Source: the human T2T-CHM13v2.0 reference genome, Homo sapiens. From it: a stretch of DNA of 64,000 nt. The stretch is from assembly GCF_009914755.1 (NCBI RefSeq), contig NC_060931.1; one strand, given 5' to 3'. Position numbers and translations under genes: made by a program. The notes under the pieces are model-generated. The model was given only the letters and a program-made list of their open reading frames with translations. It was not told the DNA's origin and made no database searches. Positions within the stretch are counted from its first letter, which is position 1. Each line of letters begins with the position of its first letter. Positions 14,422 to 30,850 of the stretch are shown here, one piece after another.

Positions 14422-17247
14422 CAGATATAACAAAATATTTAACCTTGGAGACCTGTAACCAGTGACTGAATCTGACAAGTTTTGCAGCAAAAATTGAAAA
14501 TCTTGAGACCCTGATGCCATGATACAATTAGGGTCTCCTAAGTTCATAGGATTAGTAAGGATCTAAGAGATCAGTAAGACCTGAGCGTGAGACACCACTT
14601 CAGTCACTTGTTTGCTTCCCTTGTGACCAAGGGCAGCTCTTTAGGGTTGAGATACTCATATAAGGTCATGAAACAGCATCAAGATGACTGCATTCTGGAG
14701 GTGTGAACACACAACCTTAGTCTCACTGGCCTCATGCTCATGCCAATTAAGTTAATATTGCTGAGAATAGTGAGTAATACAGAAGCAATCTCTAAAATGC
14801 TGTATCTGTCTTTGCCTAGAATGGTTCTAAAATATCTGCAGCTCTCCTCTTGACTGAATAATTAATCTAAGAGTCTGAATTGTCCCATAAAGTTTATGTC
14901 AATGTGATTCTGAGTTTTAAAAAGACTTTAAAGGTCCAGGGAGAGAGATGAAAGAAACACTATCTTCTACGAAAAAGGCTGTAACTCTCAGAGTATCACT
15001 TCACAAGGCACAATGCTATCAAAGTGTTTTGTCATCAAGGTATATCTGCCAACCCCAGCTGCCAGGACAGTAAGAGAATAGAAGCAGTAGGTATGACCTT
15101 TCCCTCTCATTGGACAAATCAGCTGATCTTCCAGATTTTGGCAAGTCCTGATGGAGGTAGAGATTGGTTTGAAACCTCCTATAGAAAATTCTATAAAACT
15201 CTGCTCTGGTAGGATTTTATAAGCTGAATGATGTGTATGACATCGTTTCCATTTCGTGAAAGCACTGAAAAGCGAGTAGCATTAACACTGTCAATTAGGG
15301 CTCTGATTACAACAGTACTCTTAATCAAGATCCTAATCTTCCCAGATGACTGGTAGAAGAGATGTATTTCCTTCTGAGAGGCTGAATGCCAGAGTGGCAA
15401 CTTATTGTCCTAAAGCTGTATATCCTATGGTCTCACCACAGATGACACAGGGATCATGACAATGCAAATCTTTTGATCAGCAATGAAGGGTGGATGATAA
15501 ACAGGACAGGGATTCCTATTGCTTACCCCATAATGATAGGTAATTTGATGATGACAAATTTATTTCTCTTTCCTATTCTTGGATAATTCTCATCACCCCT
15601 GGCTGCCCAACAACCCCCCCAAATACACAAAAACATAAACTCCATGGCTGTCAGGTATGTCTAAGATTGATCTCCACCATGTTGCCTTAAGAAGGTTATT
15701 GATCTAAAGATGGAAACAAATCTGATTTTCTGAAATGCTATTCAACTCGTGCCCTGACAAACGTAAAGTGTCAGTGTAATAGCAGCAGTGTTTTGAAAAA
15801 AATCACATGCTTTTCTCTTTTGTTTTTCCTAGTCACGATCTTCTCTTTAAAGAGTTCAAAGCATCTGTCTGTGTGATTTGGGGGGAGGGTAGTAATTAGG
15901 AATGAAAGAGGCAATAGTCAGCTTCTGGCATGTAAAGTAGGATTTTGTAATGAGACAACTGTTATGGTGAAAGAGAAGATTTTTCCACATCTCTCTGACT
16001 CCTACTTCACATGTTAGGAGCCAGATTTGGCAATTCAAATCATAGAGATTTTCTTTTTTGCCTATGACATTTTGCCAAGAAGCTTCCCACTCTGTGGTAG
16101 AAACAGGATGTGATAGAAGAGAAGTAAAAGAAAACCTTCCTCTTGTTGTCCAGGGAATGGCAAGAAGGAAAACAGGAAACAGGGGAAGGGAAAGGTGGAT
16201 GGTGAGAAACTTGTGCTCCAAGGTGGTCATTTTGCCTATTTGAGATTCCAGGTCAGTTCTGCCAAGTGTCTTCACCTCGAGATTTCCTGGCATGATTAGG
16301 AGAATGGAGCGCTAAGGTCCTTGGGGGAGAGAAAGAGAGAGAGAGAGATCCTAATGTGCACCTCAAAGCCTACATTGGTACCTATGTAACATGGACACGG
16401 AGTTGAAAGCCAGAAGCCTGCCATGGGGCCTGCTGTGGCACTGGGATAGATGATCCCACAGCAAAAGTCTTCAGGATGAATAGCCTGACTGGGGGCTGGA
16501 TAAGGGAGAGATTCAGAAAGGTCTCTAGCCAGAGAGAGCTGAAGGTAGGCCAAGCCAACAAGGAAGGGTGACTAGGGCTTGACTAAACCAGGAAAAAATA
16601 GACAACTTTAGCAGCCACTGAAGTCTAACGCCAAAACTTGGGTGAACTTCAATAGGCACTAATCAATGCACACTCAAGAACCAAGATTAAGGCCATAGAG
16701 ACCCCTCTTCCCGCCCTATATCGTAAGAATACAATAAACTATACCCCTCCCCCACGTACTTCCAGGTAGGAAGGCAATGAAGGGGTGAAAATGGGAGAAG
16801 TCTGAGAACCTGAGAATTACATAAGGGGTGGTTTAAACGACTGGATCAGAATACATTTTAAACCAGATTAATTTGTGTTTTTTGGTTTTGTTTTTCTTTC
16901 CCACCACCTACCAGGTCACAAGACTAAATAAGCTCTAAACAAAATAAAGAAATTAAATCACTTCTAAATTTCTGTATCACAAGTAATTTTGCAACCCTGC
17001 TACAAAAACACTCAAATAAATAATAAGTTCACATTATATTGCATTTGACCCCAAAAACAAAAGATTCTTTCATGACTCAGAACTTTGCTATAAAGTCATT
17101 TATGTGAGGCTTTTGTGCATGAAGAATGATCGTGACTATTTGCACTTATATATCTAACATTTTAATCTCATAGATTTATTAAGAGTGGAAGATTACATTA
17201 TTTACTCACAATTCTTTCCCTCCCCACCTTTGCATGGTTCACTGTAG

Positions 17248-17579
<332 letters not shown>

Positions 17580-17995
17580 TCATTCTACTCCTTTGATGTT
17601 GGGCTTGGCCACATCTCTTGCTTTAGACAATGGAATGTGGGTGGAAAAGAGAACATGTCCATTTTTAGCCATCACATTTCCATTCTCCTCCCTTACTCTT
17701 CTGCCATCTGCCATGAGAATAACCCTAGGTAACCATTGGTCCCAGAATAGAAACACGTAAAACATACTAAACTCACAGACTGAAGGAGAACCTCCCCAGC
17801 CCACCTGCAGGTCAGGAATATAAAATAAGTAATTTGGGAGTTTTTCATATGTCAATATTGCAGCAAAAACCTGACTGATACATTAAGCAGTTAATATTTC
17901 TTTAAATATTAAATGGTTACTGTAAACATTCATATACTATTCATACAACTGATAAACCAAATAACAGATCTAACAACTTAAAATTTCCCAGCTAT

Positions 17996-18309
<314 letters not shown>

Positions 18310-18799
18310 TTTCCCAGCTATTCAAACACTGATTATAAACTTCTTTAATTATATGCTAAATAATTACTTAAAATCACAAATTTAATATATCAGGTTCTTG
18401 TAAATGTTTTAAACAACTTAAACTAGAGACAAAGCACTCATGCAATATTATACTGATCACCAAAACTGCAGGATTTGGGTGGTTGAATGATTGTTTCTCC
18501 ATTGGATTTGGAATCTGATCACACAGCCCAAAATAATTCATCTTTAAATTACTAGAACTTAAATTAAACCTCTATTACAACTAAAATTCACTTTTGCTTC
18601 TAATCAATTGCCTTTCCTATAGATTTGAATTTTCCAATGCATGGTTTCTCTCTACAAAATGATAAATTATCTCATGTTTTCTATGTCTGCCTGTACCTAA
18701 CCAATAGTCCTGCCACTCTAATATGATGGTCTGGCCTGAAGGTATAAAGGGAGACTTCTGTCTCATGAATATCTCATAATAATAAGTAGCATATCTAGT

Positions 18800-18950
18800 T
18801 CAGGGTTTTGCAAACTTCACGGTGCATGCAAATCACCTGAGAAGCTTGTTAACGTATATACTCTGGTTTAGTAAAGCTGGAGTAGGGCCTGGATTAAGAG
18901 ATGCCATTGCTACTGGCTGTTGAACCATCCAAGTACTTTGCATAGCAAAG
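18800..18950. mobile_element. MER5-like DNA transposon fragment
   Basis: tgcatgcaaatcacctgagaagcttgttaa...ctggagtagggcctg. Confidence 0.5.
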
Positions 18951-19569
18951 ATGTAGGAATATCTTCCTTCTCCTGGGTGGTAAGGGATTGACTCTATGTA
19001 GCTAATTCCTCTGGGATATCTGGCTCCTTAATTTTCTTGGAACACATTATGTTCCTGCATGATTATTACATCTGCTGATTAACTGTCAAACCTTCATTTT
19101 CCTGGCTATTTCATTTGATTACTAGTGTTGATCAATTGTTCTCTTTCTTGAAACAAATATCTACTTATTCGATGTTCCCTGTGTTTATTCTTTCCCGTAC
19201 ATAGATATGGAAATAAAGACCTTTCTATACTTCATAAACAAGCTGTCAGGAAAAATTGTAAAAGATTTTGAAAGACAACAAAAAATGATTGGCTGCCCTG
19301 TCTAGCACATTTTTCTAGGTTTCATTGTCTTTGAACTATTTTATAATTCTATAAGTTGTAGTGAACTGACAGTAGTACAATGGATTCTTGTCCATAGAAA
19401 AGAAACTAAAGTGGAATGCACTTGATTATTGCCTTGTGGATAGATTCATTTTGCATTTATTTGTAAATTTATCTTAGCATTCCTTATTGCTTATATATAG
19501 GTGATTCTTTAAATCCTCCTTTGACCAAGTAGTAACATAGCACTGGTTCCCTGATTAATTAATGAGTTA

Positions 19570-19868
<299 letters not shown>

Positions 19869-20334
19869 TGAATGAGTTAAGTAAAATCTTCCACATGGAT
19901 TTATTTCATATCTGCCCAAGAGAGTCATATAGATATAATGCTCTCTTTTAAAAATAGTCTTTTAGCAAGACAGATAATTAATTGAAAAAAGCTACCCACT
20001 TTTAAAAATTACTTATTTACTAATTTACTAATTACTTTCATTAATAAGACTTGAACAAATCTATTTGTCTTCATTATTCTCTTGTTTTATAACCACCTTT
20101 CTACTTACACTTTATTTTAATTGTTTTGAGTATCATTTTGAACTTAAAATAATACAAATAATCATTTTTGATTCTTAATTTTTCAAAACTTAGCCAATGA
20201 GAACACTTTTAATTTGTCTCCTTTGCCCTTTCAGCACTCACTCTAATACATATACATATAGAGAGAGAGGGAGAGTGCGAGAGAGAGCAAGCGAGAGCTG
20301 AAAGGCAAAGCAGACAAACTATATATATACATAC

Positions 20335-20608
20335 TGAGACACAGTCTTGCTCTGTCATCCAGGCTGGAATGCAGTGGCCCAGTAACAGCTCGACCTCCCA
20401 GGCTCAAGTGATCCTCCCACCTCAGCCTCCCAAGTTGCTGGGACTACAGGCATGCACAGCCAAACCCAGCTAATTTTTTGGTATTTTTTGTGGAGACAAG
20501 ATCTCACGATGTTGCGCAGGCTGGTCTTGAATTCCTGGGCTCAAGCAATCCTCCCACCTCAGTCCCCTAAAGTGCCGGGATTACAAGCATGAGCCACCAT
20601 GCCCAGCC
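20335..20608 (-). mobile_element. AluJ-like with rearranged tail
   Basis: Antisense Alu body; ctctaat at ~20241 and ~20608 as the likely TSD. Confidence 0.85.
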
Positions 20609-22175
20609 TCTAATGTTTTTGTTTGTTTGTTTGTTTGTTTTTTAAGAATCCTTGTTTTCTCCCAATGGAAGAATAATATTTCCTGACTGATTTAGGGTTT
20701 TGTTTTGTTTTGTTTTTCTGTCTCATATCTTGGAAATCCACAATCCAAAGAGTTCAGGCTCCTTCTAGTGGAGAAAATTATCAAAGACCCAAATTTGGGC
20801 CTTGTAAGTCTACATGAGAGTTGGTGGTGAGTGAGTGCCCCTGCTGTGGCTGCTGGTTCATTTGAGAAGTCACAGGGCTGGAAAATATGTCATTTTAAAG
20901 TCCTGAGTTCATACTGATTTTCCCAAGCATATTAAGTTGCTATGCCCTACTTTTCTTATAGTCCAGGGTTTCACTGACCTCTAAGACTTTTTACTATCTT
21001 TCTGCTAAAGAAAAGATGCTAGACTCATTTGAAAAAACACAGATATAGGTTTCCAGATGCAGTGAGGAAGGGTTTGGGGAAGGGCTATAAAAGAAATGTT
21101 GTATTTTACCTTAACCTGTTTCCTTGCTTTTATCTCATATGTATAGTTATTTACATATAACCAGAGAAGGGAAGAGGGTAGGAAACCACAAGGATTCGGT
21201 GATATCTCTTTAGAGACAGAAGATATGAACCATGAACAAGAAAAATCAAGCATTCCGTCTCAATCTCCATTCCTCCGGGTTCAAATGGGCCCCAGTCCAC
21301 TGGGAGAAGTAAAACATTCATTTTAACCTCCCACTTGACAGGGACAAAGAGATGTCAGTGGTCTCAAAGGACACTGGAATTGTGGCTCACAATTTCCTGG
21401 AGCTTTCTCTAATGCAGGAAATACAACTACTTCCACTGTGGAATTTTTATCTTTGCCTGTGAGGATCAGATATCACTTGATTCTTTTTTTTTCTTCCCCA
21501 AGTCCTGATGGAATTGAAGGTATCGTTTGATTTTAGAGTGTTTCCTTTTTTTCCTCTCTTTAAGTTGCAGGTTTTGTGAGAACAAAATTGCATCCTGCCC
21601 CACCTACAGGACTGGAATGGTGTGGGATCTCAAACGTGCCTGTCAGTGTGAAATACAGCTGAATCTGAATTAGGAGGCTCAGGAACCCTCCCAGTCTTCT
21701 TGTAAGGCAGCCAGAGGGGAAAAAGGGGATTGGTTGTGCCTTAGCACAGAGCTCATGTGACCTGGGATCAAATCTAGATTGTTTCTCAAAGGCAGTCAAA
21801 CATTTAAGATCTCATCTCTCTCTCTCTTTATCTCTCTCTCTCTCTAACACATACACACACAAACACACACGAATGCACACACAAAACAGTTAAATGCTGT
21901 TGTGTGATGATAAGATTCTTCCCAAGACTGTGTCACTAGGAAAAGAATACACTTGAATGCTTTTATACATTTTGTGGAAATACTAAAGTGTCCATTAACT
22001 GAGATTGTTATATGCCAGTCTTGAAAACAGCTTCTTCCTTACTAGTCTGAAGAAAGTAGCAGTTAATGCCAACTGACTATGAAGCAACAAAGTGCTACAT
22101 TTATTTCTGTTAACTGAGAAGTTAATGTTGCCCCCAAAGGAGATAAATTAATAATTTTTAAAAAATCACAAACCA

Positions 22176-22488
<313 letters not shown>

Positions 22489-22589
22489 TCACAAACCAGC
22501 CAAATTTGGGAACACATTTAAATTACTGTCTCTCTTGAAGCATTTATGAGGCAAATTTTGGAAACTCATCATCACAAATATAGAGGAAT

Positions 22590-22878
22590 GGGCCAGACGT
22601 GGTGGCTCATGCCTGCAATTCCAGCACTTTGGGAGGCCGAGGTGGGTGGATTGCTTGAGACCAGTAGTTTGAAACCAGTTTGGCCAATGTGGCAAAACCC
22701 TCTCTCTACTAAAAATACAAAAAATTAGCTGGGCTTGATGGTGTGTGCCTGTAGTCCCAGCTACTCAGGAGGCTGAGGCACAAGAATCGCTCGAACCCGG
22801 GAGGCGGAGGTTGCAGTGAGCTGAGATGGCACCCCTGCACTCTAGCCTGGGTGACAGGGCAAGACTCTGTCTAAAATT
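22590..22878 (+). mobile_element. Alu (AluS-like) with fold-back tail, followed by (CTAT)n
   Basis: Alu dimer lacking a normal poly-A tail. Confidence 0.9.
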
Positions 22879-23894
22879 CTTTTTTAATTTTAGGCAGAGT
22901 CTCGCTCTGTCTCTATCTATCTATCTATCTATCTGTCTATCTATCTATCTATGGAGAGAAAGAGATGAATGAAAAAATTTAGAAAATATTTTACATAATC
23001 AAAGACATAAAGGTGAAGTTAACACAATATCCAGTTGTCCTACTTTCTGAAAAGATACTGAAATTCAAATAGGCAATTCACAAACTCCATTCATCCAATC
23101 TCATGACATTCCAGCACTAGGTAAACTTCTTCAGCAAGAAGCATTTATAGTCTAGCTAAGTTTGTATATGCTTACTTCATTTACTAAATGCCTGCTATGC
23201 CAGGTTCTATGTTAGGAATGTGAATACAAAGGTAAAGAGGGGAAAAAATAATCTCTGCCAACAAGATTTCTCTTGGTCCTATTTTACAACAGTTCTCTGA
23301 CTCTTGCATTTAAAAGAAGCAGCTTTGGTTGTGAAGGCAGCTATTATAGAAAAGAAATGATCATTTTGCCTAAATAGAACTCAGTGAGGAACTAGCTGGT
23401 GAGTAAAAAAGGTTTCTAAGCAGCCAAAAACAGATTCAACACATTCCAAATGCTAAAGTTATGGGTTGAATCCCTAGACATGACTCCTCGAGGCTTTTTC
23501 CTACTTTATGTACAATTCTAGCAATTGTGGTATAAAAGAATATTGGCTCCCTTTCAAAGGTAAACTTGGAAAACTTCCAAAGTTAATACTGAAAGGAGAC
23601 TCTCTAGCCCAGAGGTGGAGTCAAACCATGTAGTTCTGGTTCATTCTTTCTGATTCTAGTGTGCATTGTAACTTTGTTTACAAAGTATATTTGACTAACA
23701 ACCCACAACTGATAAAAGGGCCAATAGTGTTACAGTGCCGTAAAGTTAGAGGTTACCCTGAAGGATTTGATCAGGTGGTATGTTTTATAAGCTTTAGATA
23801 AATTAACACCGAAGATGTTATAGTTTTATTGCCCTGTAGAATGTTAGCCAATTTTATATCTAAATTAGCAAATATTTTCTTTTGCTTACTGTAT

Positions 23895-23896
<2 letters not shown>

Positions 23897-23929
<33 letters not shown>
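23897..23929. repeat. (TG)n microsatellite
   Basis: Direct reading. Confidence 0.95.
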
Positions 23930-23930
<1 letters not shown>

Positions 23931-25269
23931 ATTTGGAAAAGCCAATTCTTTTGTCTAGTTGTCTAATTTCCAGTTCCCTCACTAGTGGCTTAAAAAAAAC
24001 TTTGACACACTATAATGAATAACTTTGTTCAGAGATTTTGCTTTTCAAGTTTTGTATTTTTTTTCCCACACATTATCTGAGATAACTACCTTCAGTCCAT
24101 AAAGACTAACAAGTTCACAGGTACTTGATCTCCGTCACTTTCTTTTTAGCTCCTAGGCTGTCTGCAGAAGGAGGGAGGCATCTTAACATTTACCCCTGGA
24201 GTACCACTTCCTTGATTATTTTGATACCTTCATGGTTGGGACCGAGAGAGATTTCTGTTGATGGCAGCACCCCAGGCCTCTCCTCTCCAGCCTCTCATCA
24301 GCTAACTGTCACCAGAAAGGAGAGAAACAGCAAATGACCTGCCCTGGCCCATTTAGATAACAAAATACCAAAGTCTTAATATAGCAAAATGCCAAAGCTC
24401 TGCGCCAAGAGAAATGGACCCAGGAGCCTTTTCTGAAAGAACTTTGCAATATTTATAACTTCCTTATTTTTGCTATATCTGTTACCCCTTGTTTCCCTAA
24501 AACAAGTAGTAAGACTTAAAATAAGAAAGGCTTATGTTGAAGGGTTATGAGAATATTTTTAACCTTTTTATTTCTGTTTAAATGTTTCCCATCCCCTATA
24601 TAACCAATGTTAGTGATTGGTTTATAATTTGGTTTGCAGGCAATTTTTCTATGTATTTTCAATATGTTCTATATGTATTTTCAATATGTTCTGCTATCTT
24701 TCCAGATCAAAAGGATGTCTTTTTGAACCATTTCCCAACAGATTTTAAATGTTGGGGAATGGCATGGAATGAATTCCAGCAATGGAATACTTGGGAACTG
24801 TGCTTAACCTATTTGGAGATTCAGAAATTGATTGTTTCATAATTTGTCTGTTTGTTTTGTCTATTGCTGGAAATGTTCACGGAATAGAGAGTGGAGAAAG
24901 GTAGGTGGAAATACAAAGGGGAAGAGGGTAGAAAATAAGTCTAGAGAAGCTGTAAGGAATTACCAGGAATGCCTAGTCCACAAGTCCCCAGTGAGAAAGG
25001 AGTGGGGGAGAAGAGTTTCCACTGACTTTTCAGGGCCACTCTCATGTGTGTGTTTGCAGGTAGGGGAAGGACAATGAGGAAGGATGAAAAGAAATACTCT
25101 ATAAGCTCAGAAGAACACAATTATCCTTTAAAAAGTGGAGTGGGGTGGAGGGGCAGCAGATGGACACTTCAGATGAACTGGACAAGAATGCTGATGCTCA
25201 ATGGGAATAAATTTAGAAAAAGTGCATACTTCCTCTAGCCAACTTGACCTATGAAGTGAAATAAGATTA

Positions 25270-25710
25270 ACAAACTAATTCACTCCTTCAACAGCTATTG
25301 ATCAAGCATCTGGTTTATGCCAGGCACTGTATTAGTTGTTAGAATTACAGCTATCACAGCTAATATGACTATTCCAACAGAGAAGACTGATGTGTGAACA
25401 GAGAAGTAAAACACTACTTAGGTGTTCAGATAGGGAAGCACAAAGGAGGGGAAAGTAACTCAGGGTTTGTTTGTTTGTTTTAGCATTCCAGTAGAATCTG
25501 GGAAGATTTCCTGAAAGGGGAAACGTCTGAGATTAGACCTGACAAACAAGTAGAGCTAGCACCAGCGAAGCTAGCAGCAGATACTGAGACCCAGAAGCCA
25601 AAAATAGTACCGTGGGTTAGGGGGCTGATGATGATAATCCAGTTGGCAGGAACATCAAGGGCAAGAGCCAGGGGCATAGGAAGCTGGTGAGAGATAAGGC
25701 AGGAGAAGAA
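25270..25710 (-). mobile_element. L2 fragment
   Basis: ttcaacagctattgatcaagcatc...atgccaggcactgt; gatttcctgaaagggg...tctgag. Confidence 0.6.
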
Positions 25711-26289
25711 AGCAGATTCTCCTTATTTATATTTCAAGTAGATTTGCCTTTGATAATAGAAAGGCTAAGGTTAAGGCTAATTGTTAATTTTATTTACAGC
25801 TCACTCATTCGTGACTTGAGAAGCCAGACAACAGGCTCACAGACTTGCTCTATAAACATGTGGGAGAAAGAGCTGGCAGAAAGGAGCCTCACTGTCTGTT
25901 CCTGAAGATCCCAGGGCATAGGACGGCAGAAGTTGTTACAGAGGTGTATCAGGCCATTCTTGCATTGTTATATAAAAAAAAATACCTGAGACTGAGTGAT
26001 TTATAAAGCATTGGCTTAGGCAGGCAAGGAGAGCAACCAAGTAGGCAAGAGCTGAGAGCTAAGCTGGGGTCCTGACTTGTCACCCAGGGTTAGGCGAGAG
26101 AGGAAGTCACAACTATGGAGCCAAGTCAGTGCTGGGAGGGCAGGCAGGCAGGAATGGCTGCAACAGGGGACCAGAGGAGCCACAGCACAGGGGAGTCATA
26201 TAAGGTCCAATTACCCCAAGGGACCCAGGTCCACTCAGTGGATGGGTGCCTGATACTTTTGGAGAAATACTTACCTCTCTATTCAGGGT

Positions 26290-26520
26290 TAGTATAATAG
26301 GAAACAGTGTGGGCTTCCAGAGTCAGACTGCCTGCCACTTTCTACCTCTGTGTCCTAAGGCAGATTGCTGAATCTCTTGAAGCCTCAGTTTCCTCATCTG
26401 TAAAACAGGGGTGGTAGTATTCTCTATAGCATATTTTTTTGTTTCCATTGAATGAAATAATGAATGTGGATTGTTTAGTGCAGTGTCTAGCACATAGTGC
26501 AAACTGAATATCTGGCACCT
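26290..26520 (+). mobile_element. MIR
   Basis: gcctcagtttcctcatctgtaaaacaggg core. Confidence 0.8.
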
Positions 26521-27580
26521 GTATCATCACTCTGGCCACAACTTTTAGTCTGCCTTAGGTGCTACACCATTCTGGGGACCATCACTGTCCAGTTCACTCA
26601 ACTGGGATTTAAGCATCAACTTTGGAAAGTACTTAGGGACAGAGACCATATCTTTTATATCCAAAATTCCCTTTAGCACGTAACGATTTGATATAATCAG
26701 CATTTATGTGTCTACTGTGTTAGGTAGTTTATGGCAATAGACACTAATTCTTTTTATTAAATAAATTACTAGAAAATGACTTCAAACAGCAAAGCTAATA
26801 GAAGGAAGCAAATAGTTTGCTAATTTACATAATGAGAAAAGTTTCCATTTGCAATCAATTACAGCACCCAGCCTAGCTTAGGGCTTTGCATAAATATTTA
26901 TATACTTGAATCAAGATGGCTGTGAGATACTCTGCACCTATTTTAAGTACTCAGGAGATTCAACACTTACATTCATCTAGCAAATCTGAAGCAGAATTAA
27001 ATGCCTTGGACTGAAATCCTTTCATAGAAGGATTCACAGTCATGTTATCTTCTTTAACTAAAACAGCATTTCAATTACAAGCTGTGGTTACAGTGAATTA
27101 GTGTATGACCCACAGGCAAACAGCCAACTAAGTAATTATAAGAAATGTATCAACCTAAATAATTCCTTGAGGGTCCTTGAGATACAGTATTGCCTTTCAT
27201 TCCTGAGCCTTTTTCATTAGCGCATCTATGTATTAATATATAATTTACATCTTTTAAATTGAGGATATGACTAAATAATACTTTTTTTTTTTCAACTTAA
27301 GAATTGGATGAAGTTGGATGACTTAAAATGTTTGGCACTTTAATTGGAAAAAAAAAAAAGAACTGCTCCGTTTCTGGGCACCAGCATTTGAATTGACATA
27401 TCGACACAAGCTGAAGACCACCAACTTGCCATTTTACAATCACCTTTGAAAGAATGTTGACCCTTATATTATACTTTCAGTGTCAGATTTTCCCTTTAAG
27501 GTTTAGCCCAAAAGTGCATGGTTATGAAGGACATTTTCTAGACTTCTTGCCTATATATGAATTTTTAAAAATATAATACT

Positions 27581-27863
27581 GGGCTGGGCAGGGTGACTCA
27601 CACCTGTAATCCCAGCAAGTTGAAAGGCCAAGGCGGGTGGATCATTTGAGCCCAGGAGTTTGAGATCACCCTGCAAAACCCCATATCTACAAAAAAACAC
27701 AAAAAATTAGCCAGGTGTGGTGGCACATGCCTGTAGTCCCAGCTACTGAGGAGGCTGAGGTTGGGGGACCCCTTGAGCCTAGGAGGTCAAGGCTGCAGTA
27801 AGCTGTGGTCACACCACTGTACTTCATCCCGGGTGACAGAGCAAGACAATGTCTGAAAAAAAA
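27581..27863 (+). mobile_element. AluJ-like
   Basis: Diverged dimer. Confidence 0.9.
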
Positions 27864-28050
27864 TCTATCTATCTAGAGATTTCATACATATATATATCTA
27901 TATCTATACACATATATGTACATATATGTGTATAGATATACACATATATGTACATATATGTGTGTATATATATACACATATATCTATATATAGATCTGTA
28001 TATATATATATACACATATATATGTACATATATGTGTATAGATATATATA
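27864..28050. repeat. AT-rich (TA/CA/TG) low-complexity repeat with palindromic units
   Basis: Recurrent acatatatgtacatatatgtgt units. Confidence 0.9.
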
Positions 28051-28616
28051 AAGGCAAGGCAATGTAATTACCCAGAACACCTCAAATTTGAGATCAGCAA
28101 GGAGATAATAGTGCTTGGCAATTTAATTACTCAGTTAAGAGTTCAAGGCTGAGCCCAGTTCTTCTGGCTTCTTCCTTCATGTTCAAGGCTTTGTTTAATC
28201 AGGTCTAGGTACAACACGAGAATAAACAGGAATGTGGGAAACATGCGAAATAAGTTTCCAGCCCTCCAAGGTAGATGTTTATACAGTTAACAAAGTAATA
28301 ATTACCACAATAACACACAATACTTTTGATTATCTATTATGTGACAAACACCATGTTAGGTACTATATGATCCCATCTGCAATATCCCTGGTGGTAATAA
28401 TAGATTCCTACAGTAATACTCCATGACATACATTATTATCTCAATTTTCTAGCTGGGAACCTCAGGTTCAGAGAGGTTAAGTAACACTCCTTGCATGCAT
28501 CATAACAGCTAGTAAGAAGTAGAAGGAGAAATGTTATTAGGTCAGCTGGATTCTTTATGCCATTTTTCCTCTTAGTTAAAAAAACAAACAACTTTTCACA
28601 AAGTTTTGCCAGAAAT

Positions 28617-29151
<535 letters not shown>

Positions 29152-29901
29152 CTGGGGACTCAACCCTTCAAGTTACCTTTGCTGGCTGAGAGAGTGAGAG
29201 AAGGAGCTTTTGTGATGCAACAGGACATTTTGATAGCTTTAGACATCTCCTGCCACCCCCAAACGTATCCATTGCTGAGGAAACTTACATGCTGCTGGGA
29301 ATTAGGATGTGTGTCGATCAGTGCCTTCAACACATGAGGGTACTCTTGAGGGGAATGGAAGTGAGAACTTGTCTTTTTGCATCCCAAGTCCAATTGAGTC
29401 AAATTTGTTTGATGGACTTTGGTGGCCTAACCCAAATTAGGCAACAGGGAAGAGCAGCAAGATCCTGGGAAATCTTTACCATGAAAACAGGAAAAAGGCA
29501 GGCTAGGAGGTCAGCTGGGAAAAGTGAACCTTGCATCAGTCAATCTGCTCTCAACCCAGCCATCCTGAAGGCAGGTTTGGGGCCCAAGGAAACACCTACA
29601 TGAACCATAAGAGTTTGAAGGTGGTAAGGCTGGGCCATTTTTTGTGTTGACCCATTAGCCAACAAATTGTACGTCTCTCCAAAGAGTACATCATAAGGAA
29701 TGACCATAGCCTGTGCTGGGATCTGCAATAACCCTGGTGGTAATAATTAGAGCAGGTGGCCCAGCTTGAGCCACAGTTATTTGGCTTACCCTATTTAACA
29801 GTAACCTTGAGGTTCAGCTTCAGCAACAGTAGCCACAGCATGGATGGTCATGGGGCAACGGGAGTATGGCCTGGTTAGGGCACACATCTCCAGACTGCCA
29901 G

Positions 29902-30696
<795 letters not shown>

Positions 30697-30850
30697 TATC
30701 TCCCCCCACCCTTTACAAGAGGACCCTTAATCCTAAGGGTTGCAGAAGGATGAAGATCCGTCTTCTGCAACTTCTTCAGGCTGAATAGGGGTGATTATAT
30801 TCCTGCCTAACTATTAGGGTCTCTTGCATTCGGGGTAGAGAGAAGCTCAG

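Noticed and set aside
15856-16293. 145-aa minus-strand ORF
   Set aside because: No protein-like motif recognised and no supporting promoter or splice context.
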